A stretch of 47,416 nucleotides of DNA from an uncultured Thermoplasmata archaeon (GTDB lineage: Archaea; Thermoplasmatota; DTKX01; DATEUP01). Positions within the stretch are counted from its first letter, which is position 1, and every line of letters begins with the position of its first letter. Below the pieces are notes generated by a model. It did not search any database. It was not told the DNA's origin and saw only the letters and a list, made by a program, of their open reading frames with translations. The position numbers and the translations under genes were made by a program. Below, in pieces: positions 28,507-36,862 of this stretch. Location of the stretch: the NCBI GenBank assembly GCA_965541515.1, contig CBEUCC010000003.1:1-47416 (forward strand), written 5' to 3'.

Positions 28507-29142
28507 ATGCCAGCGCGGCGGCAGGCCATCTTGGCCCGAGATCCTGGCGCGGTTAAGCCCCAGCAGTTGCGCAGAGCCGACCTTCGCGCGAAGGTGTGGG
28601 CCACTCTCCCCCCCAATGGTCGACCGATCTCGTTTGCGGAGGTGCTTCGCTCGCCCGCCTTGAAGGGATCCAAACGCGCCACCATCGACGGAGAGCTGCG
28701 CGCGCTTCAATCGCAGGCCAAATGCGTCCACATCTACACGACGACTGGGACGAGGCGTTCGGTGTGGTGGGCACGGGCGATAACGGTGTACCCGGTCGAA
28801 TGGCGAGTCATGGGACAGGGCCAAGCCGGCGACCTGCGGGAAGTTGACCGCAGTGAAGGAACGGGCCGCGCAGACCTGATGGTCATCGTGAAGATCCCGA
28901 AGGACTTCGGGGTACGCTTCTGGAACCAGGAGTCGGGCCCCGACTTTGACGTGGTGCGGCGATTCATCCAACACCCCGACCACGCCGCATGGGGAGAGGA
29001 CATTGCTCGAGGCTCCCTTCGGCGGAACGGGTTCAGTGACGAGGAGATCGAGATTCTCCTTCCGGTCTTCATGGGTCTCAAACAGGCGACGAAGGCGGAG
29101 GGTGAATTACTCGCCGGCAAGAAGGGCCTTTGGCGCGAGTAG
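28507..29142 (+). CDS. Hypothetical protein (211 aa), possible N-terminal winged helix
   Basis: Clean ORF with an AT-rich box (TTCAATAA, ~28472-28479) about 27 nt upstream. KVWATLP...ISFAEVL...KRATIDGELRALQSQ...SVWWAR has wHTH-like spacing. Confidence 0.55.
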   Translation: MPARRQAILARDPGAVKPQQLRRADLRAKVWATLPPNGRPISFAEVLRSPALKGSKRATIDGELRALQSQAKCVHIYTTTGTRRSVWWARAITVYPVEWRVMGQGQAGDLREVDRSEGTGRADLMVIVKIPKDFGVRFWNQESGPDFDVVRRFIQHPDHAAWGEDIARGSLRRNGFSDEEIEILLPVFMGLKQATKAEGELLAGKKGLWRE

Positions 29143-29148
29143 ACCTGC

Positions 29149-29191
29149 GATGAGGGCGCAAGGCAGCGGAACGCCCCTGCTTGCCGTCATC
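29149..29191 (+). other. Imperfect stem-loop immediately after the 28507..29142 stop
   Basis: GATGA..GCAAG(G)CAG-loop-CTGCTTGC..TCATC. Confidence 0.4.
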
Positions 29192-29483
29192 CGGGTGTCG
29201 CACACATTGGAACGCCCTCGGCTGGCGTTTGAAACCCTCTTTCGCCGCACCCATCAACTTTCACCCCACCCCCTCTCAAATCTGAATACCCCGTCTCCCT
29301 GTGGAGCCTGGGTACGTCCAGGAGCGACAAACATCCCCTCCATGAACACGACGAGTACCACGTGAAACCGCGAACCCCCATGGAGCCCCTCACCCGCGCG
29401 GACCTCCCCTTCGTCCTCCCCCCGCCCGCTCCGCTACATTTTCATCCCCCCGGCGCCTCCTACCGCCTACCGGGGAATCGGAT

Positions 29484-30257
29484 ATGCGCGCCCGCCACGC
29501 TCTTGTCGTCACCTGTGCGGCGGCCTCCGTCGTCTTCGCAGGCTGTGTCGGGCCGGATGTTCCCGTCGTGCGCGGTTGCCCAGACGTGTACTTCGGTGCC
29601 ATCGGGTTCGGGGTCTCGGACTCCGACCGCGACGGCCTGAACGACTCCGTCTCCCTCTCGGTGGCCCTCGCGGCGGCGGGGGGCGGAGGGCCCTTCACGG
29701 CCTGGCTGAACGCCTCCCTCGAAGACCCGGACGGCCGCGAGGTCGCGGCGACCGAATCAGGGCCCCGGGTCGTCTCAAGACCGAACCAGGGGGACACCTG
29801 GTTCTGGGACGCGACCCTCTCGAATTCCGACCCCGCCGGGAACTATACAGCCGCTGTGTGGCTTTCTGCGGGCGGGCAGGAGCGTTGCGCTAGCCAGTCG
29901 GACGAAGGGACGCTCTTCCCGCTTGCGACCTACGGCGTGCGCTTTGCCCCCACGCACCTCAACGCAACGATCGCCCAGGGCGAGTTTGCCATCTATCAGA
30001 TGAACCTGACGAACACCGGAACGGGCGCGAGCGGCTATCAGCTCCGGATCACCTCCGTGCAGGGTTGGTCAGCGACCTGGGCGGAGGGGTCACGTGTGTT
30101 ACTGGGAGCCGGCGAGAGCGCGCCCATGAGCCTCAAGGTCCAGCCCTGGGCGAGCGTCGGGCCGGGGTCGAACGAGACGACGTGGATCACGGCGACCGCG
30201 GAGAGGGACTCGAACCAGACCGCGGTGATCGAGATGGAAACGCGCGTCGAGGGGTGA
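29484..30257 (+). CDS. Putative lipoprotein with a DxDxDG loop and a NEW3/Ig-like domain
   Basis: Lipobox-like VVFAGC after a basic and hydrophobic N-terminus. Also DSDRDGLND and YQMNLTNTG...GWSATW...ITATAERD. Confidence 0.75.
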   Translation: MRARHALVVTCAAASVVFAGCVGPDVPVVRGCPDVYFGAIGFGVSDSDRDGLNDSVSLSVALAAAGGGGPFTAWLNASLEDPDGREVAATESGPRVVSRPNQGDTWFWDATLSNSDPAGNYTAAVWLSAGGQERCASQSDEGTLFPLATYGVRFAPTHLNATIAQGEFAIYQMNLTNTGTGASGYQLRITSVQGWSATWAEGSRVLLGAGESAPMSLKVQPWASVGPGSNETTWITATAERDSNQTAVIEMETRVEG

Positions 30258-30274
30258 TGGCGGCGTCCCCGCCC

Positions 30275-31336
30275 TCACTCTTCCTCCGCCACCCACCCCG
30301 GCCGCCCGCCCCGGTCAGGCATGACCAACGCCAAGTGCCCCATGAGCGCCTCGACTCCTTCGCCCGTCTTTGCCGACAGCTTGAGCCGCGGCGTGTCTAT
30401 CTTGATGAGGTCCACCTTGTTCTCGACCTCCACGACTAGCTTTCTGCCGAAGAGTTCGCGCACCTCCTTGAGCAGGTTCTCCTGCGCCTCCATGGGCTGG
30501 CCTGCCTCCGGCGTCGGGTCGAAGAGGAAGAGGACGATGTCGCCCAGGTGCCGCACGGCCGCAAGCGCCCGCTGCTCGATCGCGTTGCGCTTCTTTGCCG
30601 GGCGGTCGAGGATGCCCGGGGTGTCCACGACCTGCACCTTGCGCCTGGCGATCTCGGCGTGGCCCAGGATGATGCCCCGGGTCGTGAACGGGTACGGCGC
30701 GACCTCCGGCTCCGCGGAGCAGATGCGCGCGGCAAACGCCGACTTCCCCACGTTGGGCACCCCCGCCACGATGAGCGTCGGGGCCTCCGGCTCGAGCGTC
30801 GGCAGCTTCGAGAGCGCGCGTCGCGTGGCCTCCAGGCGCGTCAGCGGCCCCGAGATGTCCTTGATGATCGAGCCCACGCGGCCGTAGGCTTCGCGGCGCT
30901 TCGCCTCCAGGAAGTCGAGCTTGCCTGTCCGCTGCATCTGGCGCGCGGACTTGCGGCAGACCTCCTGGATACTGGCCGCCGAGCCCTGGAGCCTTGCCAG
31001 GTCCTGGCGTACCACGTCGACATCCACCATCGTGGCAGCGAGCTCGCCGTAGAACGGGTGGAGGCCGGGGAAACTCGGGAACGCCTCCACATACGCCATC
31101 AGCGTCGACGAGGCGATGTCCGCCACCGAGTCGACGCGGGCGGTCGCGGTCTTCTTGCGCATCCAAAACCGGTCGCGGTCCGGGATCGTGATCTGCGACG
31201 CACGGTGGAAGACCTTGTCCTGGAGCCGCTCGGCGCTGAGCACGGGCCGTATGTCGGACCAGCGGAAGTGCGCCTTGCGCGGGCCCCCGTAGACGAACAC
31301 CTCATACTCGGGGGCGACCTTGGGCCGGCGTGCCAT
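30275..31336 (-). CDS. NOG1-family GTP-binding protein
   Basis: FPSFPGLHPFY, RREAYGRVGS, GVPNVGKS, PEVAPYPFTTRG, DTPGILDRP...RNAIEQRA, NKVD and SAKTG. ATG 31336 lies 24 nt below a TTTAAT box. Confidence 0.9.
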   Translation of the reverse strand: MARRPKVAPEYEVFVYGGPRKAHFRWSDIRPVLSAERLQDKVFHRASQITIPDRDRFWMRKKTATARVDSVADIASSTLMAYVEAFPSFPGLHPFYGELAATMVDVDVVRQDLARLQGSAASIQEVCRKSARQMQRTGKLDFLEAKRREAYGRVGSIIKDISGPLTRLEATRRALSKLPTLEPEAPTLIVAGVPNVGKSAFAARICSAEPEVAPYPFTTRGIILGHAEIARRKVQVVDTPGILDRPAKKRNAIEQRALAAVRHLGDIVLFLFDPTPEAGQPMEAQENLLKEVRELFGRKLVVEVENKVDLIKIDTPRLKLSAKTGEGVEALMGHLALVMPDRGGRPGWVAEEE

Positions 31337-31360
31337 CGTGCCGGCACCGGGGGACTTGGC

Positions 31361-31437
31361 ATTAAAGGGCTGGCCCGCTTGGGCGGCCGGCCAGCAGGGC
31401 CTCGCTTGGGTAACCTGTTCGCGGGCACTTTTTAAAT
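31361..31437. promoter_or_regulatory. Divergent TATA boxes (TTTAAT on - at 31361-31366; TTTTTAAAT on + at 31429-31437)
   Basis: Each box is 23-24 nt from its start codon (31336 and 31461), the spacing expected for leaderless transcripts. Confidence 0.6.
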
Positions 31438-31460
31438 CGCGCCCGCCCCCTGGACGACCG

Positions 31461-32132
31461 ATGTCGGGCGAGCGCGCCAAACTTCAGCACCTCCACGCGC
31501 TCAAGCACATCGCGCTCCTTGGCGGTCTGCGCGCGCCCGTGCGCGTCTCCTCCGGCGAATTCGCCAAGGTCATCGGCCTCTCCCAACAGGCCGCCTCCTC
31601 GCTGCTGCTCGAGCTCTACCGCGCGGGGCTCATTTCTCGCGAGATCTCGTCGCGCAAGCAGCACATCACCATCACCGAGTCCGGGTCCGTGGCCCTTGCG
31701 GGCGAACACGCGGACCTCCACCGCGTGTTCGAGGAGGCCTCGTCCGTCGAGCTCAAGGGGACTGTCGCGTCGGGCCTGGGCGAGGGGGCATACTACATGG
31801 GGCAGGACGGCTACCAACTGCAGTTCGAGAAGCTGCTCGGGACGCGGCCCGTGGCCGGCACGCTCAACATCAAGCTCCAAGGGCCCGAGCTTGCCAAGCG
31901 GTTGGTTCTCGAAAACGCCAAGGGGATGGAGGTGGCCGGCTTCACGGACGCAGGGCGCACGTTTGGCGGCGCGAAGCTCTTCCGTTGCAAGATCGAGGGC
32001 ATCGGCGGGGCTGTCGTCATGCCGTTGCGCACGCACCACCGCGACACGCTCGAGGTCATTTCGCGCAAGCACCTGCGCCGCGCGCTCAAACTGCAGGACG
32101 GCGCGCGCGTCCGCGTGCTCGTGCAACTCTGA
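31461..32132 (+). CDS. ribK: wHTH-fused CTP-dependent riboflavin kinase (RbkR-type bifunctional kinase/regulator)
   Basis: N-terminal SSGEFAKVIGLSQQAASSLL...ITITESG, and kinase motifs GTVASGLGEGAYYM, GTLNI, GRTFGG, PLRTHH...LEVIS...LRRALKLQDG. Confidence 0.92.
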   Translation: MSGERAKLQHLHALKHIALLGGLRAPVRVSSGEFAKVIGLSQQAASSLLLELYRAGLISREISSRKQHITITESGSVALAGEHADLHRVFEEASSVELKGTVASGLGEGAYYMGQDGYQLQFEKLLGTRPVAGTLNIKLQGPELAKRLVLENAKGMEVAGFTDAGRTFGGAKLFRCKIEGIGGAVVMPLRTHHRDTLEVISRKHLRRALKLQDGARVRVLVQL

Positions 32133-32160
32133 GGCGCTCCGGGGAAGGGGGGGGAGACGG

Positions 32161-33036
32161 GTGAGCGCGGGCCGTCCCGAGGGGCTGCGCAGCCGCACGC
32201 CCGCGCGCGCGGTTCGCGACGAGGCGCTCGAGTTCCCGCGCGGTCGTCAGCAGTCGGCAGCCATCCACCGCGACCGGCGGCTCCGGGTCGTGACCGTGCT
32301 GCTGGCCCTCACGCTCGCGCTCGGGCTCTTCTGGACCTACGAATTCTACGGCGTGGCCGCCTCGCCGGGCGAGCCCATCGGCGACTTCGGGGGGCTCGTC
32401 ATCGACCCCGTGGACAGGCCCGTCGCGGGAGCGCTCGTTACGGTCGAGGGGCTCGACACCAACGCCACGACCGACGCCAACGGCTCCTTCCGCCTCCACG
32501 ACGTCCCCTCCGGGCGGCTCACGCTGACCGTCAAGAAATCCGGTTACGTGACCACGAGCTTCACCGTCTATGCCGCGCCGGTGCCCGAGGGCACGGTGCT
32601 CGCCCAGGCGGAGCTGCTGCGCGTCGAGGCCGGAAGCGGCGTACGGTCGCAGGACCTCGCGACCGCCCGGGACTGGTGGTTCACCGCATGCATGAGCACG
32701 TTCCTCATCGGCACCGTGATGAATGCCGTCGGCCTGGTGGCCGTCATCGGGCGCCGCCGGTACAAACACGCCATGCTCGGCCCCATCGGCGCCATGGTCT
32801 CGGTCGGCGCCCTCTTCGGCCTCGTGTTGGGGATGGTCTCCATGTTCCTGCTGATGGGCACCCGCGACGAGTTTGAAGACCGCCGGTCGATCTTTGCCAC
32901 GGAACACGACATGCCGTTCCCTCGGGTCGTCGACCAGGGGGGCGCGGGAACCGCCCCGGGCGACGGGGTGGAACCAAGCAACGGTGAGGCCCCAGGGGAA
33001 GCGGCACCAGGCAAGGACGGGGAGGAGAAGCCGTGA
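32161..33036 (+). CDS. Membrane protein with a carboxypeptidase-regulatory-like (prealbumin-fold) domain and C-terminal TM bundle
   Basis: GTG 32161 follows a G-rich SD. N-terminal TM, then GLVID...PVAGALVTV...TTDANGSFRL...KSGY, then hydrophobic helices ending RDEF. Confidence 0.75.
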   Translation: MSAGRPEGLRSRTPARAVRDEALEFPRGRQQSAAIHRDRRLRVVTVLLALTLALGLFWTYEFYGVAASPGEPIGDFGGLVIDPVDRPVAGALVTVEGLDTNATTDANGSFRLHDVPSGRLTLTVKKSGYVTTSFTVYAAPVPEGTVLAQAELLRVEAGSGVRSQDLATARDWWFTACMSTFLIGTVMNAVGLVAVIGRRRYKHAMLGPIGAMVSVGALFGLVLGMVSMFLLMGTRDEFEDRRSIFATEHDMPFPRVVDQGGAGTAPGDGVEPSNGEAPGEAAPGKDGEEKP

Positions 33037-33938
33037 GCGACATCGAGGGCCGCGGATTCCGGATGCTCCGCCCCCCGCCCGAGAAGCGCTCGCCGCGGCT
33101 GCGCCGACCGACGCACCACCGGTCCGTCCGCGTGGGGATCTCCTCGCGGCGCGCGTGGATCTCGTTTGCGGGCGTGCTGCTGCTGCTCTCGGCAGGCGTC
33201 GGCTTCTACACATCGGCCCAGCTCTTCGTGCAGGCGTCCGAGGCCCAGCAACCCGGGCTGCCCGGCGGCGTGGTCGAGGTCGCAGGCGTGGTCACCGACC
33301 CATTGGGCAACACGCTCGATGGCGCGCTTGTTTCCATCCTCGAGACCGGCAACGAGACACAAACCAACGCGGACGGCTGGTACACCTTTGGCGAGATCCC
33401 GCCCGGCTCCTACACGTTCGAGGCGTCATTTGCCGGCCACCAGACCGTGTCCAAACCCGTCGTGCTCGAGTCGTCTTTCCCACGGCTCATCGCCTTCTCG
33501 CTGCCCCCGGGGACCGGGAGCGTCGAGGTCGAGGGCGACCGCGAGCCCAACTTCAGCAACCCCGCCGCAGGCGCCTACGCGCTCGCGGTCGCGGTGCTCT
33601 TCGCTTCGGGCATGGCCGCGGCCGGTGGCCTTAGCGCCGTCCGCCACCGGCACTACCTTATCGCCGTGACGGGCGCGGCCGCCGGCGTGCTCACGCTCGG
33701 CTATTTCATCGGCACGGTCGCGTCCATCGTGGCGCTGGCCATCCTCGCCTCGCGGCGCCACGGCTTCCGCGAGGCCGAGTACCACCGGCTCCCCTGGGAA
33801 GAGGCTCCCGAGGACTTCGAGGAGCCGACGGCCGACACGGACACGGACGGGGAGCCGCGCCGCCTGCCGCCCCCGCCCGGAGCCGTCCCCCCGCCGGTGG
33901 ACACGGACCCGGACGAGGACGCGGGGGGGCCCCCGTGA
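33033..33938 (+). CDS. Paralogous membrane protein with a carboxypeptidase-regulatory-like domain
   Basis: GTGA overlap with the previous gene. GVVTDPLGNTLDGALVSI...TNADGWYTF...PGSYTFEAS, then a TM bundle ending RRHGF and an acidic/Pro-rich tail. Confidence 0.8.
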   Translation: MSDIEGRGFRMLRPPPEKRSPRLRRPTHHRSVRVGISSRRAWISFAGVLLLLSAGVGFYTSAQLFVQASEAQQPGLPGGVVEVAGVVTDPLGNTLDGALVSILETGNETQTNADGWYTFGEIPPGSYTFEASFAGHQTVSKPVVLESSFPRLIAFSLPPGTGSVEVEGDREPNFSNPAAGAYALAVAVLFASGMAAAGGLSAVRHRHYLIAVTGAAAGVLTLGYFIGTVASIVALAILASRRHGFREAEYHRLPWEEAPEDFEEPTADTDTDGEPRRLPPPPGAVPPPVDTDPDEDAGGPP

Positions 33939-34651
33939 ACCCCCGGGTCGAACGGCTCCTGAATTGGCTCGACCCGGCGCGTGGCCGAATTGAGTTCGAG
34001 CAGGCGCCCGGGACGGGTCGTGTCGACTGGGCCATCTTCGCGCTGTTTGTCCCCGCCGCGCTCTTGGCAGCCCTGGTCACCACGGCGCCGCTCGCGCTGG
34101 CGCCCGGGACGACGGGCGACCTCTCCGGCACCGTCGGTGTGATCGACAACGAAGCCGTCACCTCGTCGATGCCCGCCCCCTGGAGTTGGGTGTACGGGGT
34201 CGGCGACATCGCGTGCCACCAGATGTCGGAGCGCTCGTTCTTCCTGGGGGGCAACGAGATGCCATTCTGCGCGCGCGATGTGGCCATCTACGCCATGATC
34301 GCCGTGGGGCTCGGACTGTGCATCCCGGCGCGTTCGCGCACGTACGCCACCGCCATTCTCATGCCATGGTGGGGCTACTTCGCGCTGCTCGGGCCGATCG
34401 CCCTCGACGGGGGCGCGCAAGCCGTCTTCGGGTTCGAGAGCGACAACCTGCGCCGGGTGGTCACGGGCGGCCTCGCCGGGGTCGCGGTCGCGTTCGCCCT
34501 CGTGTTCATCGTGTACGAGGGCCGGTTCGCGTGGGACCGGTCGCGGGCGAGCCGGGCCGAGCGGCGCCGTCAGGGGGCGGCACCGGACAGCGCCTCGGGC
34601 GGCACCGGCTCGAGCGAGTCGAACGATGTCGACATCGCGCCCACGGAGTAG
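33935..34651 (+). CDS. DUF2085-family membrane protein
   Basis: CHQMSERSFFLGGNEMPFCARD, ALDGGAQ and ESDNLRRVVTG. GTGA overlap with the previous gene. Confidence 0.85.
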   Translation: MNPRVERLLNWLDPARGRIEFEQAPGTGRVDWAIFALFVPAALLAALVTTAPLALAPGTTGDLSGTVGVIDNEAVTSSMPAPWSWVYGVGDIACHQMSERSFFLGGNEMPFCARDVAIYAMIAVGLGLCIPARSRTYATAILMPWWGYFALLGPIALDGGAQAVFGFESDNLRRVVTGGLAGVAVAFALVFIVYEGRFAWDRSRASRAERRRQGAAPDSASGGTGSSESNDVDIAPTE

Positions 34652-35061
34652 AAGAACCCGTTGAGCCCGACGACTCCGAGCACGATCAGGCTCCCCAGCA
34701 CGTCAAGGCCGACGTCGAACCCCGGGGCCATCCCGAGCGCCACCAGCATGAGGCCAATCTCCCATGCGGAGACGGCCAACGACGAGGGGATTGCGACCCA
34801 GAGCGCGTCGCCGCGCGAGATGCGCCGGCCACCGATCCGTCCAAACTCGATAGGGAGCAGCACGAGCAGGAGCACCCACCCGAGGAAAGGGACGAAGAGG
34901 ATGAGCGGTGCCGGCAGCATCGGCAGGATCATCCAGGCGAACGCGCGGCCCGGGTGCGAGCGGCGGTAGCGCGCCAGGCCCTTGCCCTCGCGCGCGACCG
35001 AGAGGTCGCCCGGCCGTTGGGGCCGGTCGCCCGGGGCGGGCCGTGCCGTTGCGCTCTCCAC
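34570..35061 (-). CDS. Hypothetical multi-pass membrane protein
   Basis: GTG 35061 lies below a CAAATAC box. About four hydrophobic segments. Overlaps the DUF2085 gene convergently by 82 nt. Confidence 0.6.
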   Translation of the reverse strand: MESATARPAPGDRPQRPGDLSVAREGKGLARYRRSHPGRAFAWMILPMLPAPLILFVPFLGWVLLLVLLPIEFGRIGGRRISRGDALWVAIPSSLAVSAWEIGLMLVALGMAPGFDVGLDVLGSLIVLGVVGLNGFFYSVGAMSTSFDSLEPVPPEALSGAAP

Positions 35062-35201
35062 GCGCCGCCAAGCGGCCAGTGGATTGATGTATTTGCGCCC
35101 CCCCGCGGGGGCCACCGCGCGGGCCAGCCAGCGTGCGCCTGGCGACCCCCCAAACTATAAATCCAGAACCGGGTCTGCCGCCATCCCCGCGGGGTGGTAC
35201 C

Positions 35202-35480
35202 TTGGACCTCAAACTCATTGCGAAGGACAAGACAAGTATCGAGGTCGAGATACCCGGCGAGACCGAGACGCTCCTTGAGCCGCTGCGGTCCGCGCTTCTG
35301 CGCAACCCGAAGGTCGCGGTCGCGACCTACCATGCCGACCACCCTTGGTTCGACTCGAAGCGCCTTTTCATCCGCGTCACCGACGGCGACCCGATGGATG
35401 CGTTGCACGCAGCCGCGGCGTCCATCCACGACGACCTCAACGACGCCCTCGAGCAGCTCGGCGCGCTCAAGGAGCCGTGA
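35202..35480 (+). CDS. rpoL: DNA-directed RNA polymerase subunit L (Rpo11)
   Basis: TTG 35202 follows GGGGTG, with TATAAA upstream. Sequence DLKLIAKDKTSIEVEIPGETETLLEPLRSALL...VATYHADHP...DPMDAL. Confidence 0.88.
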   Translation: MDLKLIAKDKTSIEVEIPGETETLLEPLRSALLRNPKVAVATYHADHPWFDSKRLFIRVTDGDPMDALHAAAASIHDDLNDALEQLGALKEP

Positions 35481-36862
35481 CGTCCGCGCGGGGGACACCC
35501 GCTTTGACCGGCGCGCCACTCCTTGAATCACCTCCCGAAGAGCGCGCGCTCGGCCTCCTCTGGTACGCGACGCGCGCGCCGGGGTGCGGCGGCCGGATCA
35601 AGGAAGACCCCGACGACTTCGTCGTCGTCGAGCGCACGCGGTGGCCCCCGGAGGACCCGGCGGGCCCGTTCCTGCTCCTCGAAGTCCGCGCGCGCAACTG
35701 GGAGACCAACCGGCTCGTCGGGCGCCTCGCGCGCGACCTTCACGTCTCGCGCAACCGCGTGGGGTTCGCCGGCACGAAGGACAAGCGCGCCGTCTCCACG
35801 CAGGGGGTCTCGGTCAAGGTCGGGCCGGAACGGAGGGCCGGACACATCCGCCTGCCCGAGGTCGATGTCGTCCGCTCCTTTCGCGCCTCCCGCGGACTCG
35901 GACTTGGCGACCTCGATGGCAACGCCTTCGAGGTGGTCGTCACACAGATCGCGGAACCCGACGGCGCGCTCGCGCGCGCACAGGCCGTCATCGCCGAGCT
36001 GGAGGAGCGCGGCTGCCCGAACTTCTTCGGCACGCAGCGCTTCGGGTCGCTTCGTCCCATCACACACACGGTCGGCCAGGCGATCGTCGAAGGCGCCTAC
36101 CGCCTCGCCGTCGATCGGTACATTGGGACGCCGTCGGCCTACGAGGAGCCCGACGTGGCCGCGTTCCGCGCAGCGTTCCGGGACGGCGTGGCGCCGCGGG
36201 AGCTGCTCTCCAGCGCGCCGGCCCGCCTTGGGTTCGAGCGTCAGATGCTCGAGTCGCTCGCCACCGACCCCGCCGACCCGCTCGGCGCGATCCTGCGCTT
36301 GCCGCGCAACCTCGTGCTCATGTTCGTCCACGCCCACCAGTCTGAGATCTTCAACCGCATTGTTTCGGCCCGCATGGCCCGTGGGCTGCCGCTTTCGAGC
36401 CCCGTTGAGGGGGACATCGTTGTGCCGCTCGACCCAGGGGGGGGCGCGCGCGAGGACGAGCCCGTCCCGGTGAGCCGCCGGAACCTCGCCAAAGTGGTTT
36501 CGCAGGTGGCCAAGGGGCGCGCGGTGGTTACCGCACTCGTCCCTGGATCCACGGTCCCGCTCGCTGACGGTGTCCCGGGCGAGATCGAACGCGAGGCCAT
36601 GCGCGCGGCCGGGCGCGCGGCGCCCGACTTCGTGCTCCCCGACCTGCCACGCTATTCGACGTCGGGCGTGCGGCGGGCGACGGCGCTGCCGCTTGGCGAC
36701 CTGGAGGTTGGGTCGCTCGACGTGCGCGGCCAGCCATCGCTGCGCCTCACGTTCTCGTTGCCCCGCGGCTCCTATGCGACGGTCGTACTCCGGGAGGTCA
36801 TCAAACGCCCGGAGAGCGCGTGGGTCGTTACGCGTCCGGGCGCCGACGCCGCCCCATTGTGA
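35477..36862 (+). CDS. truD: tRNA pseudouridine(13) synthase TruD
   Basis: GGRIKEDPDDFVVVE, FAGTKDKRAVSTQ, GDLDGNAF, PNFFGTQRFG, FVHAHQSEIFN and FSLPRGSYATVVLRE. GTGA overlap with rpoL. Confidence 0.95.
   Translation: MTSARGTPALTGAPLLESPPEERALGLLWYATRAPGCGGRIKEDPDDFVVVERTRWPPEDPAGPFLLLEVRARNWETNRLVGRLARDLHVSRNRVGFAGTKDKRAVSTQGVSVKVGPERRAGHIRLPEVDVVRSFRASRGLGLGDLDGNAFEVVVTQIAEPDGALARAQAVIAELEERGCPNFFGTQRFGSLRPITHTVGQAIVEGAYRLAVDRYIGTPSAYEEPDVAAFRAAFRDGVAPRELLSSAPARLGFERQMLESLATDPADPLGAILRLPRNLVLMFVHAHQSEIFNRIVSARMARGLPLSSPVEGDIVVPLDPGGGAREDEPVPVSRRNLAKVVSQVAKGRAVVTALVPGSTVPLADGVPGEIEREAMRAAGRAAPDFVLPDLPRYSTSGVRRATALPLGDLEVGSLDVRGQPSLRLTFSLPRGSYATVVLREVIKRPESAWVVTRPGADAAPL

Noticed and set aside
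29149-29191. Hairpin as an archaeal SECIS element
   Set aside because: The upstream ORF has no in-frame TGA, and the hairpin does not convincingly match the archaeal SECIS pattern.
28159-29483. tRNA, CRISPR array, IS ends or att sites in the long spacers
   Set aside because: By eye I found no cloverleaf or TpsiC motif, no regularly spaced repeats, no terminal inverted repeats and no flanking direct repeats.
31519-32160. N-terminal extension of the 505-aa ORF 31519..33036
   Set aside because: It overlaps ribK in another frame. The GTG at 32161 with an SD is the more plausible start.
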